NCBI GenBank assembly: GCA_021821585.1
Contig: JAKACF010000001.1
Coordinates: forward strand, 1-36,580
Source of the DNA: Actinomycetes bacterium
Lineage (GTDB): Bacteria; Actinomycetota; Acidimicrobiia; Acidimicrobiales; Bog-793
Length of the DNA stretch: 36,580 nucleotides
Reading direction: 5' to 3'
Positions 16,197-24,558 of the stretch are shown here, piece by piece. The notes below the pieces were generated by a model that was not told the origin of the DNA, did not search any database, and saw only the letters and a list, made by a program, of their open reading frames with translations. Position 1 is the stretch's first letter. Every line of letters starts with the position of its first letter. Made by a program: the position numbers and the translations under genes.

Positions 16197-17396
16197 GTGT
16201 GCGACACCCTGGTGACGCTCGGCGACGAGGGTGTCCTCTTCGGGAAGAACAGCGACCGGGAGCCGAACGAGGCACAGGTCGTCGAGTGGCACCCGGCCGC
16301 CTGCCATCTCGAGGGCGCCACGCTCCGCTGCACGCACATCGAGATCCCGCAGGCCCCCCGCACCCATGCCGTCGTGCTCTCCCGCCCGTGGTGGATGTGG
16401 GGCGCCGAGATGGGGGCGAACGAGCACGGCGTGGTGATCGGCAACGAGGCGGTCTGGACGCGGGAGCCGGCCGGCGACCCGGCACTGCTCGGCATGGACC
16501 TGGTGCGCCTCGGCCTCGAGCGGGGGGCGAGCGCGCAGGAGGCCGTCTCGGTCATGGTCGACCTGCTCGAGCGCCACGGCCAGGGCGGTCCCTGCAGCCA
16601 CGACCGGCCCGGGTTCAGCTACCACAACAGCTTCCTCGTGGCCGACCCGTCCGGTGCGACCGTCCTCGAGACGGCCGGCCGGCGGCACGCCACCGAGGTG
16701 GTGCGGGGGCGGGGGAGGAGCATCTCGAACGAGCTCACGATCCCGTCGTTCGCCCGGGCCCACTCCGACCGGCTGCACGGGCGGGTGGCGGCCGCAGGGC
16801 GCCGGCGGGCGCTCACCGAGCGGGCGGCCTCCGCGGCCGGCGAGCCGGCCGACCTGATGGCGGCCCTGCGCGAGCACGGTGCCGGGGGCCCGCCCGTCTT
16901 CTCGCCGCTCAACGGGACGCTCGGCGCTCCCTGTGTCCACGCCGGCGGCCTCGTCGCCTCCAGCCAGACCACCGCCTCGTGGGTGGCGGACCTGCGGGCC
17001 GAGCCGCTGCACTGGGTGACGGGCACCTCCGCCCCGTGCACCTCGGTCTTCAAGCCGGTGCGGGTGGACGAGCCGCTCGGGGACGAGCCGCCGGCGAGCG
17101 ACCGTTTCGACCCCGCCACGCGCTGGTGGCGCCACGAGCGTCTGCACCGGGCGACGCTTCGCGACCACGCTGCCCTGCTCGGCCGCTACCGGCCGGCGCG
17201 GGACCGCCTCGAGCGCTCCTTTCTCGCCGACCCGCCGACCGCCGCCGACGCCTTCGCCACGGCCGACGCCGTCGAGGCGGCGTGGCTGTCCGACGTCGCC
17301 TCGGCCGGGCTTCCCGACGTCCGGCCGGCGTGGTTGCGGCGCTACTGGGACAAGCTCGACCGGAGAGCAGGGCTCTCGGAGAGGGAGGGGACGTGA
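16197..17396 (+). CDS. Peptidase C69/secernin-like N-terminal-nucleophile (Cys) hydrolase
   Basis: GTG 16197 followed by [28 protein letters not shown]. Cys directly after the initiator plus [10 protein letters not shown] is the C69/secernin hallmark. In frame with ORF 15639..17396. Confidence 0.7.
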   Translation: MCDTLVTLGDEGVLFGKNSDREPNEAQVVEWHPAACHLEGATLRCTHIEIPQAPRTHAVVLSRPWWMWGAEMGANEHGVVIGNEAVWTREPAGDPALLGMDLVRLGLERGASAQEAVSVMVDLLERHGQGGPCSHDRPGFSYHNSFLVADPSGATVLETAGRRHATEVVRGRGRSISNELTIPSFARAHSDRLHGRVAAAGRRRALTERAASAAGEPADLMAALREHGAGGPPVFSPLNGTLGAPCVHAGGLVASSQTTASWVADLRAEPLHWVTGTSAPCTSVFKPVRVDEPLGDEPPASDRFDPATRWWRHERLHRATLRDHAALLGRYRPARDRLERSFLADPPTAADAFATADAVEAAWLSDVASAGLPDVRPAWLRRYWDKLDRRAGLSEREGT

Positions 17397-18751
17397 GCGG
17401 ACCGCGGGTGGTGGTGGTGGGAGCAGGACTGGCGGGGCTCGCTGCCGCCAGGGCGCTGCGGCGCGCCGGCGCCGACGTGGTCGTCCTCGAGGCCCGCGAC
17501 CGGGTCGGGGGACGGACCGAGGGCGCCCTCACCGCCGAGGGCGCCCCCGTCGAGCTCGGGGGCCAGTGGGTCGGCCCCACCCAGACGCGGATGTACGAGC
17601 TCATCGCCGAGCTCGGCCTCGAGACGTTCCCGACCTACAACTCGGGCGAGCACGTGGTGCGCCTCGGCGGCCGGACGACCCGCATGGGCTCGAAGCGCGG
17701 GGCCGTGCCCAAGCTGAGCCCCTTCGTCCTCGCCGACCTGTTCCAGGGGCTCACCCGCTTCATGCGGGCGGCCCGGCAGGTGCCGCTCGACGAGCCGTGG
17801 CAGGCGCCGCACGCCGCCCGCCTCGACGGCCAGACCTTCGAGACCTGGATCCGGCGCAACCTGCGGACCGAGATCGGGCGGACGTACTTCCAGGTGGCGA
17901 CCGAGGCGGTCTTCGCAGCGGAGCCGGGAGACTTCTCGGCGCTGCACGCGCTCTTCTATGCCCACTCGGGCACCGACTTCGAAGGTCTCCTCTCGGTGGA
18001 CCGCGGCGCCCAGCAGGACCGGATCGTCGGCGGGTCGGTCAAGGTGGCCGAGGCGATGGCCGACGAGCTCGGCGAGTCCGTTCGGCGCGGACAGGTGGTC
18101 GACCGGATCGAGCAGGACGGCGGTGCCGTGCGCCTCCGGACCCGTGAGGGGTCGGTCGTCGAGGCCGACCGGGCGATCGTCACCCTGCCGCCGACGCTGG
18201 CGGGGCGCCTCGAGTACGCGCCGGCGCTGCCGGCGTGGCGCGACCAGCTCACCCAGCGCCTCCCGGCGGGCGCGGTGATCAAGGTCTTCGCCGTCTACGA
18301 CGAGGCCTTCTGGCGCTCCGACGGTCTCACCGGGCAGGCGGCCTCCGACGAGGGCCCGGTCAAGATCACCTTCGACAACTCCCCGCCGTCCGGCTCCCCG
18401 GGCGTGATGCTGGGCTTCCTCGAGGCTGCCGAGGCCCGCAGCTGGAGCCGCCGGTCGCCGGAAGAGCGGGAAGAGGCCGTCATCGACTGCTTCGCCCGGT
18501 ACTTCGGCGAGCGCGCCCGCACGTACCGGCAGTACCTGGAACGGGACTGGACGGCCGAGGAGTTCACCCGGGGCTGCTACGGGGCCCACTTCGTCCCGGG
18601 CACGTGGACCTCCTACGGGCCGCTGCTGCGCCAGCCGGTCGGCCGCCTCCACTGGGCGGGCACGGAGTGCTCGCCGGTCTGGAACGGCTACATGGAGGGA
18701 GCCGTGCGCTCGGGCGAGCTGGCCGCCGACGAGGTGCTGGCTTCGGGCTGA
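17393..18751 (+). CDS. Flavin-containing amine oxidase (putrescine/monoamine oxidase-like)
   Basis: GTG 17393 overlaps the upstream stop (GTGA). The dinucleotide fold is [36 protein letters not shown]. The C-terminal FAD motif is [22 protein letters not shown]. Confidence 0.9.
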   Translation: MSGPRVVVVGAGLAGLAAARALRRAGADVVVLEARDRVGGRTEGALTAEGAPVELGGQWVGPTQTRMYELIAELGLETFPTYNSGEHVVRLGGRTTRMGSKRGAVPKLSPFVLADLFQGLTRFMRAARQVPLDEPWQAPHAARLDGQTFETWIRRNLRTEIGRTYFQVATEAVFAAEPGDFSALHALFYAHSGTDFEGLLSVDRGAQQDRIVGGSVKVAEAMADELGESVRRGQVVDRIEQDGGAVRLRTREGSVVEADRAIVTLPPTLAGRLEYAPALPAWRDQLTQRLPAGAVIKVFAVYDEAFWRSDGLTGQAASDEGPVKITFDNSPPSGSPGVMLGFLEAAEARSWSRRSPEEREEAVIDCFARYFGERARTYRQYLERDWTAEEFTRGCYGAHFVPGTWTSYGPLLRQPVGRLHWAGTECSPVWNGYMEGAVRSGELAADEVLASG

Positions 18752-18842
18752 ACCTGGCCCGTGAGGCCGAACATGCCTCGCACCATTGCGCTCGAAGGTC
18801 GAGAAACACCATGATTTGGCGGTAGAAGGTCACGGCAGCGCG

Positions 18843-18873
18843 CTGACATGCGCTGCGCGCAGGGCGCTAGCTT
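18843..18873 (+). promoter_or_regulatory. Candidate sigma-A type promoter: -35 CTGACA (18843-18848), 19-nt spacer, -10 TAGCTT (18868-18873)
   Basis: It lies in a lower-GC spacer upstream of the methyltransferase gene. The -35 sits in the loop of the inverted repeat GCAGCGC (18835-18841) / GCGCTGC (18850-18856). Confidence 0.3.
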
Positions 18874-18906
18874 TGGCACCAGCCGTGCTGCACCCCGAGA
18901 CGGAGG

Positions 18907-19917
18907 ATGGCCGTGACCACCAACTCCCCGACCGGCTCTCTCACCCGCGCCGCCCGTGACGGCTCGTCCGAAGGGCTCACCTTCTCCCTCGGGGACCTCC
19001 CCGACCGCGACGAGGTGACCGGCCGGGTCCACGACCAGTACGCCGTCCATCCCTTTCCACCCCCTCAGCGAAAGCACTCCTACCGGGGACATGCCGCCTA
19101 TGTGAGGTCCTTCCTCGAGGGCATCGGCAGGGACCCGGCCCGATGGCGCTTCGGGGACATCGCGTGCGGGACCGGCCTCATGATGCTCGACTACGCCCTC
19201 GAGTTCCCCGAGGCCAGCTTCGTCGGCTACGACCTGTCGGAGACCTCGGTCGACCGGGCGAACGAGATGCTGCGGCGCGAGGGGGTCGACAACGCCGAAG
19301 CGGCGGTGGCGAACCTGCTCGAGATCGAGGAGACCGAGAGCTTCGACTACATCCTCTCGTGGGGCACCGTCCACCATCTCGCCGACCCCTTCCAGGGGAT
19401 CTCGGTGCTCTGCCGCGCCCTCAAGCCGGGTGGGGTGCTCCGCCTCGGCGTCTACGGCCACTACGGGAACTTCGAGCGCAAGCTCCAGCAGGAGATCATG
19501 GAGACGGTCGGTGGCCACCTCCCGCTCGAGGAGCGGATCTCCCTCGTGCGAACGTGGGCGGAGGTCGACCCGCGCTTCGTCGGGGCCCAGACGGCACCCC
19601 CCGTCGACCTCGACGACGACGACTGGGTGGTCGACGAGTTCCTCCACGCATGGGAGCAGCCGCTCAAGCTCGGCGAGGTCGTGGGCTGCCTCGGATCCTC
19701 GGGGCTGGCGGCGGTGGTCCTCACCGACTACTACGACGAGCCCATCTCGCTCGACCCGGCCCGCTACCTGCCACCGGGCCCTCTCTCCGAGCTGGCGGCC
19801 GGCCTCCCCTTCGAGCGGCAGTGCCACCTCGTCGACCTGCTCGCCAGGCCGTACTGGCTCTCGGTCCTCGCCGTGAAGCAGTCCGGCGGCGACCTCTCCT
19901 CGCCGGGCGAGGGCTGA
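18907..19917 (+). CDS. Class I SAM-dependent methyltransferase
   Basis: ORF 18907..19917. Motif I is FGDIACGTGLMML, followed by YILSWGTVHHL and LKPGGVLRLGVYG. The in-frame GTG at 18913 has better SD spacing (GGAGG at 18902-18906) and may be the true start. Confidence 0.85.
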   Translation: MAVTTNSPTGSLTRAARDGSSEGLTFSLGDLPDRDEVTGRVHDQYAVHPFPPPQRKHSYRGHAAYVRSFLEGIGRDPARWRFGDIACGTGLMMLDYALEFPEASFVGYDLSETSVDRANEMLRREGVDNAEAAVANLLEIEETESFDYILSWGTVHHLADPFQGISVLCRALKPGGVLRLGVYGHYGNFERKLQQEIMETVGGHLPLEERISLVRTWAEVDPRFVGAQTAPPVDLDDDDWVVDEFLHAWEQPLKLGEVVGCLGSSGLAAVVLTDYYDEPISLDPARYLPPGPLSELAAGLPFERQCHLVDLLARPYWLSVLAVKQSGGDLSSPGEG

Positions 19918-19920
19918 CCC

Positions 19921-22284
19921 GTGTGCGGGATCGCCGGCTTCGTCGGCCCGCCGGAGCACAAGCTGCTCCTCCAGATGAGCGAGCGGATCGCCCACCGGGG
20001 TCCGGACGACGACGGCTGCCTCGAGAGCGGGTCGGCCAGCATCGCCCACCGCCGGCTCGCCGTCATCGACCCGGACCACGGTCACCAGCCGATGTCGAAC
20101 CCCGAAGGGACCGTCCACATCGTCTACAACGGGGAGGTCCACAACTTCCGCGAGCTGCGGGCCGAGCTCGAGTCCGAGGGCTACGCCTTCTCGACCCGCT
20201 GCGACACCGAGGTCGTCCTGCGGGCCTACGAGGCGTGGGGGAACGCCTGCTTCCCGCGCTTCAACGGCATGTGGGCCGTCGCCATCCTCGACGAGCGGCA
20301 GGGGAGCGAGCCGCGGGTGGTGCTCTGCCGGGACCACCTCGGCGTGAAGCCGCTCTATCTCGCCGAGGCGGGCGGACGGTTGCTGTTCGCCTCGGAGATC
20401 AAGGCGTTGTTCGCCTCCCCGCAGCTGGCGGTGGCCGTCGACGAGGAGCGGCTCTCGGGCTACCTGCTCACGGGGCTGCACAACCACGACACCGGGACGT
20501 TCTTCGCCGGCGTGCGCCAGGTCCCCCCGGCGACGGCGGTCACGCTCAGTCTCGCGGGTGGCGGGCGCAGCGAGCAGGCCGAGCGGTACTGGGAGCCGCG
20601 GCTCTCCTCCGACGGGCCGAGCGACCCGGCGGAGTTCCGCAGGGCGCTCACGAGGGCAGTGGAGCGCCGCCTCATCTCGGACCTGACTGTCGGAACGTGC
20701 CTGTCCGGCGGCCTCGACTCCTCGACGATCGTCTCGCTCATGAGCGACCTGCTCGGCTCCGGCTCGGCCGACGCCTCCTCGATGGGGGACCGCCTGAAGA
20801 CCTTCTCCGCCGTCTTCCCGGGGGACCCGATCGACGAGCGGCGCTACATCGAGCCCGTGCTCGAGCGCGCCAGGGCCGAGAGCCACTACATCGAGCCCCG
20901 CTCCGACCAGCTCTTCGAGGACCTCCCGCTCGTCGTGTGGCACCAGGACGAGCCGATGGTCTCCTCCGGTCCCTATGCCCAGTACCGCGTCATGGCCTTC
21001 GCCCGGGACCATGCCCGGGTCCTCCTCGACGGCCAGGGTGGCGACGAGCTGCTGGCGGGCTACGTCCCCCACCTCCTCGTCTACATCCGCCAGCTCCTCT
21101 CGGAGGGCCGCTACGTGCCGGCGGCCAGGGAGGCGGCCTCCGCCGCCGACATCCTCGGCCCGCTCGTGCTCTCGAAGATGAGAGACCGCCGAAAGGCGGT
21201 GAGACCGTCGTCGCTGTGCACCGAGCGGGTCCGCCGCCACCTGCCGGCCGCCCGCGCGGCCGACCACCGGACGAACCGGAACCTGAAAGAGCGGCTGCTG
21301 CAGGACCTCACGACCTACAGCCTCCCCCCGATGTTGCGCTACGAGGACCGCAACGCCATGGCCTACGCCATCGAGTCGAGGCCGCCCTTCCTCGACCAGG
21401 AGCTGGTCGAGCTGGTCCTCTCCCTCCCCGCGGACGCCATCGTGCACCATGGCTGGAGCAGGGCCGTCCTCCGGGAGGCGATGAGGGGCGTGCTTCCCGA
21501 CGCCGTCCGCCGCCGGCGCAAGAAGATCGGCTTTACGACGCCCGAGATGCGCTGGTTCCGTGCCGAGCGGGCCACCGTGCGGGGCATCCTGCGCTCGCCC
21601 GCGTTCCACTCCCGCCCCTACTGGGACGGGCCGAGCGTCGTTGCGGCCTTCGAGGACTGCTACGAGGGCCGCCTCGAGGAGTCGCTCTTCTTCTGGCGGG
21701 TCCTCGACACCGAGGCGTGGCTGCGGGTGTTCCACGGGGCGGCGCCGCTGTCGGAACGCGGCGGGCGGCCGACGGGCACGCTCGCCGAGGCGGGCGACGC
21801 GCTCGTCCCAGGTCTCGTCGGCCCGGCGTGCGAGGAGGCCGCCGCGCTGCTCGAGATCGCCCCACCTCGCCCGGGCCGACACCTGTTCGCCTGCGACCCG
21901 AGCGGCAGGTCGGTCTACGCCCGGGTCCCCGTCTCCTCCTCGAGCACCCCCTCCCTCGAAGGGGCCGACTGGGCGTGGCTCGCCGGCCTGCTCGCCCCCG
22001 GCGACACGGTCGTCGCCGTCGCGCACGAAGGGGACCTCGAGGGCGCGGGCGCCGGGGCGACGGCGGCGGACCTCGCCGCCACGCTCGGCTCCCGGGCGAG
22101 CGACCTTGCCCGCGGCCCGGTCCGGGTGGCGGTGCTCGCCGGGGGCCAGGACCCCCGCGTCGTCGCCGGTGGGACGACGCCGGCTGCGCCCGATCTCGTC
22201 TGGCTCGCCGGGGACGACCCGTTCGGGCAGCCGTCGCCGGGAAGCGTGAGGGTCGGGGTCGTGCGTCGCGTCGGCGAGCTCTGA
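19921..22284 (+). CDS. Asparagine synthase (glutamine-hydrolysing)-like amidotransferase with a C-terminal extension of about 180 aa
   Basis: GTG 19921 lies 3 nt after the methyltransferase stop. MCGIAGF gives the Cys2 Ntn nucleophile of the class II GATase domain. The PP-loop is CLSGGLDSSTIV, followed by LLDGQGGDELLAGY. At 787 aa it is longer than the roughly 600-650 aa I expect for AsnB. Confidence 0.85.
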   Translation: MCGIAGFVGPPEHKLLLQMSERIAHRGPDDDGCLESGSASIAHRRLAVIDPDHGHQPMSNPEGTVHIVYNGEVHNFRELRAELESEGYAFSTRCDTEVVLRAYEAWGNACFPRFNGMWAVAILDERQGSEPRVVLCRDHLGVKPLYLAEAGGRLLFASEIKALFASPQLAVAVDEERLSGYLLTGLHNHDTGTFFAGVRQVPPATAVTLSLAGGGRSEQAERYWEPRLSSDGPSDPAEFRRALTRAVERRLISDLTVGTCLSGGLDSSTIVSLMSDLLGSGSADASSMGDRLKTFSAVFPGDPIDERRYIEPVLERARAESHYIEPRSDQLFEDLPLVVWHQDEPMVSSGPYAQYRVMAFARDHARVLLDGQGGDELLAGYVPHLLVYIRQLLSEGRYVPAAREAASAADILGPLVLSKMRDRRKAVRPSSLCTERVRRHLPAARAADHRTNRNLKERLLQDLTTYSLPPMLRYEDRNAMAYAIESRPPFLDQELVELVLSLPADAIVHHGWSRAVLREAMRGVLPDAVRRRRKKIGFTTPEMRWFRAERATVRGILRSPAFHSRPYWDGPSVVAAFEDCYEGRLEESLFFWRVLDTEAWLRVFHGAAPLSERGGRPTGTLAEAGDALVPGLVGPACEEAAALLEIAPPRPGRHLFACDPSGRSVYARVPVSSSSTPSLEGADWAWLAGLLAPGDTVVAVAHEGDLEGAGAGATAADLAATLGSRASDLARGPVRVAVLAGGQDPRVVAGGTTPAAPDLVWLAGDDPFGQPSPGSVRVGVVRRVGEL

Positions 22285-22435
22285 TAGCGAGGTCCGCGCC
22301 CGCCGGGTCGCCCTCGCCCGGCCGATGGGACGTTCGCGCCGGAGAAAGGTACCTTCGGCCGTACCGGAGGCGTCCCGCAGGCGTCATGCTCGGGCGCGGC
22401 CGGTTGGAGTGCCGGCAACACGGCGAAGGGACATC

Positions 22436-23632
22436 ATGGACACCGAGGGGTCACAGATCTCACGCCACGGCGGCGTCGCGCCACCCGCCCCGAGCGTGCG
22501 CCGCCTGCACTTCGACGTGGGAGCGCGGCCCTTCCTCGTGCTCGTCGAGCTGACGCGCGCCTGTGACCTCGCATGCCGGCACTGCCGCGCCGAGTCGGTG
22601 CGGGATCGGGACCCGGCCGAGCTGACGACGGCCGAGCTCACCGCCCTCCTCGACGATCTCGCCTCGCTCGGCGCTCCGCGACCGCGGGTCGTGTTCACCG
22701 GAGGGGACCCGTTCCACCGACCGGACCTCGAGGAGCTCGTCCGGCACGGCTCGTCGGCCGGGCTGTCGGTCGCCGTGTCGCCGGCGGGAACCCCACGGGC
22801 GACGGCGGAGCGCTTCGGCGCCCTGCGCCGGGCCGGAGCCGTCGCCGCCTCGCTGTCGATCGACGGAGCCGGCCCGTCGACCCACGACGCGTTCCGCCGG
22901 GTGGACGGGTCGTTCGACTGGACCGTGCAGGCGTGCCGCGCGGCCGTCGCTGCCGGCCTGCGGCTCCAGGTCAACACCACCGTGAGCCGCGAGACGGTGG
23001 CCGACCTGCCCGGCATCGCCCGGCTCGTGGCCGACCTCGCGGTGGTGATGTGGAGCGTGTTCTTCGTGGTCCCTGTCGGGCGGGCCGAGCAACTCCAGCC
23101 TCTCGGCGCCGACGAGACCGAGGACGTCCTCCACTTCCTCCACGAGCTGGCGCCGAGGGTGCCGCTCAAGACGACGGAGGCTCCCGCCTACCGCCGGGTC
23201 ATGCTCGAGGGCGAGGCGGGCGGCCACTCCGCCTGGAGGCCGGGGCCGCTGTTCGATGAGCTCCACGCGCGCCTGAGGGCGATCTGGCCCGAGGCGCTCG
23301 ACCCGGAGGCGCCGGGCCGCCGCGTGCACGACGGTCGGCGCCGCGCTCCGCTGTCGGTCGGGGACGGCCGCGGGGTCGTCTTCGTCTCCCACGTCGGCGA
23401 CGTCCAGCCGAGCGGCTTCCTCCCCCTCGTCGCCGGCAACGTCCGGGAGCGCCCCCTCACGAGCCTCTACCGAGACTCCCCGCTGTTGCGCAGCCTGCGG
23501 GACCCGGCCCGGCTCGGCGGCCGGTGCGGCCGGTGCGACTACGCCGATTCGTGCGGCGGCTCGCGCTCGCAGGCGTACGGACGCTCAGGAGACCCGCTCG
23601 GCGAGGACGCGAGCTGCGCCTACGTTCCTTGA
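22436..23632 (+). CDS. Radical SAM protein with a C-terminal SPASM/twitch-type auxiliary cluster domain (NirJ/AhbD-like branch)
   Basis: ATG 22436 is preceded by GAAGGGA. The in-frame stretch upstream to 22325 has low third-position GC (about 61%) and is treated as non-coding. Motifs: PFLVLVELTRACDLACRHCRAE (CX3CX2C), VVFTGGDPF, and a C-terminal CGRCDYADSCGG...ASCAY with 4 Cys. Confidence 0.85.
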   Translation: MDTEGSQISRHGGVAPPAPSVRRLHFDVGARPFLVLVELTRACDLACRHCRAESVRDRDPAELTTAELTALLDDLASLGAPRPRVVFTGGDPFHRPDLEELVRHGSSAGLSVAVSPAGTPRATAERFGALRRAGAVAASLSIDGAGPSTHDAFRRVDGSFDWTVQACRAAVAAGLRLQVNTTVSRETVADLPGIARLVADLAVVMWSVFFVVPVGRAEQLQPLGADETEDVLHFLHELAPRVPLKTTEAPAYRRVMLEGEAGGHSAWRPGPLFDELHARLRAIWPEALDPEAPGRRVHDGRRRAPLSVGDGRGVVFVSHVGDVQPSGFLPLVAGNVRERPLTSLYRDSPLLRSLRDPARLGGRCGRCDYADSCGGSRSQAYGRSGDPLGEDASCAYVP

Positions 23633-23861
23633 GCACTCCGTCGTGCGAGCGCCGCCGGGCGGTCCGCGCCGGTGTGGGGCTCGCCCCGGCGGACGTGCGA
23701 GTCTCGGTGACACCGCGCCGCCGTCGGTGCACGGTCGTGAGCGGATCGGACAGGATCGTCGCCCTGATCGAAGAGCTCGTCACGTGCGAGACTTCACGAC
23801 ACGGCGCGCTCGTCGCTGGCGCGAGCGCGAGGCTGCCGGACCGCAGCGAGGAGGAGGCGTC

Positions 23862-24353
23862 ATGCCGCGAGAGACGATGCCGGTCGATCAGATCGTCTCC
23901 ATTCTCCGCGAGACACCGGAGCGACTGGCCCTCGCGAGCGCCGACCTCTCCGATGCCCGGCTCCACGCTTCTCCAGAGCCGGGCGAATGGTCGATGACCG
24001 AGCTTCTCGCCCATCTTCGGTCGTGCGCCGACGTGTGGGGGACCGCCATCGAGACGATCTCGAGCACCGCTCATCCCGTCCTGCGGGCGGTCAGCCCGAT
24101 CACCTGGGTGCGGAGCACGGACTACGGCGAGCTCGCCTTCTCCCCATCCTTGGAGTCCTTCCGCAGCCAGCGTGACGACCTGCTCGGTCTCCTCGAGGCA
24201 CTGTCGGCAGCCGACTGGTCGCGAAGCGGCACCGTGCTCGGAGCCGGCAAGCCGCTCGAGCTGACGGTCCTCTCCTACGCAAACCGGATGGCCCGCCATG
24301 AGCGAACCCACTGGCGGCAGGCGGGGAAGACGGCGAGGGCCCTCGCCCTCTAG
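23862..24353 (+). CDS. DinB family (DinB_2-like) protein
   Basis: ATG 23862 is preceded by GAGGAGG. Motifs: WSMTELLAHLRSCADVW and ANRMARHERTHWRQ (His triad pattern). The in-frame upstream region has low third-position GC. Confidence 0.75.
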   Translation: MPRETMPVDQIVSILRETPERLALASADLSDARLHASPEPGEWSMTELLAHLRSCADVWGTAIETISSTAHPVLRAVSPITWVRSTDYGELAFSPSLESFRSQRDDLLGLLEALSAADWSRSGTVLGAGKPLELTVLSYANRMARHERTHWRQAGKTARALAL

Positions 24354-24387
24354 CCCGGCAGCACCCCGACTGTCCAGCGCGACAGCG

Positions 24388-24425
24388 CCGGGGGCGGGCG
24401 TGCCGTTCGGGGCCCGCTGCCCCGG
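24388..24425. terminator. GC-rich hairpin (CCGGGGGCGGGC ... GCCCGC-TG-CCCCGG) between convergent genes
   Basis: 12 paired bases with a 2-nt bulge, read from the sequence. It lies between the DinB stop (24353) and the cytidylate-kinase-like stop (24559). Confidence 0.35.
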
Positions 24426-24558
24426 TCGGCGCGACGAGACGTGGGCCCGGGGCGCCGCTCAGGCAGGGACCGTGCAGAAGGAACCGGGGGGTTGAGCGGG
24501 CCTTCTCCTTCGCCCGTCGTGACGGTGCGGGCAGCGCTCGGCGGGAGACCCTCCGCGA

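Noticed and set aside
18874-18892. Sigma-54-like element TGGCAC-N5-GTGCT with correct GG/GC spacing upstream of the methyltransferase gene.
   Set aside because: Actinobacteria are not known to encode RpoN, the -12 element is imperfect, and no enhancer-binding protein gene is nearby. A sigma-A type -35/-10 pair explains the region better.
19921-22284. AsnB-like protein as a lasso-peptide cyclase.
   Set aside because: There is no transglutaminase-like B protease, no RRE/PqqD-like protein and no plausible lasso precursor nearby. The intact glutaminase Cys2 is also atypical, as far as I recall, for lasso cyclases.
18688-22553. Very long overlapping ORFs in the track: 1112 aa on the minus strand (18688..22026) and 1136 aa on the plus strand (19143..22553), covering the methyltransferase/AsnB region.
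   Set aside because: Their translations are Arg/Pro/Gly/Ala-rich low-complexity strings with no motifs. They are the usual stop-poor alternative frames of high-GC coding DNA. The annotated frames carry clear family motifs.
22386-22553. 55-codon Cys/Ser-rich ORF (…ACAACTSTWERGPSSCSSS) that could look like a RiPP precursor next to the radical SAM gene.
   Set aside because: It is the tail of an off-frame artefact ORF and overlaps the first 118 nt of the radical SAM coding frame. Its composition is typical of the +2 frame of high-GC genes.
23643-23861. N-terminal extension of the DinB gene back to the GTG at 23643 (as in track ORF 23643..24353).
   Set aside because: The extension has low third-position GC (about 56%) and is Arg-rich. 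A strong GAGGAGG SD precedes ATG 23862, and the 163-aa product is already a full-length DinB domain.
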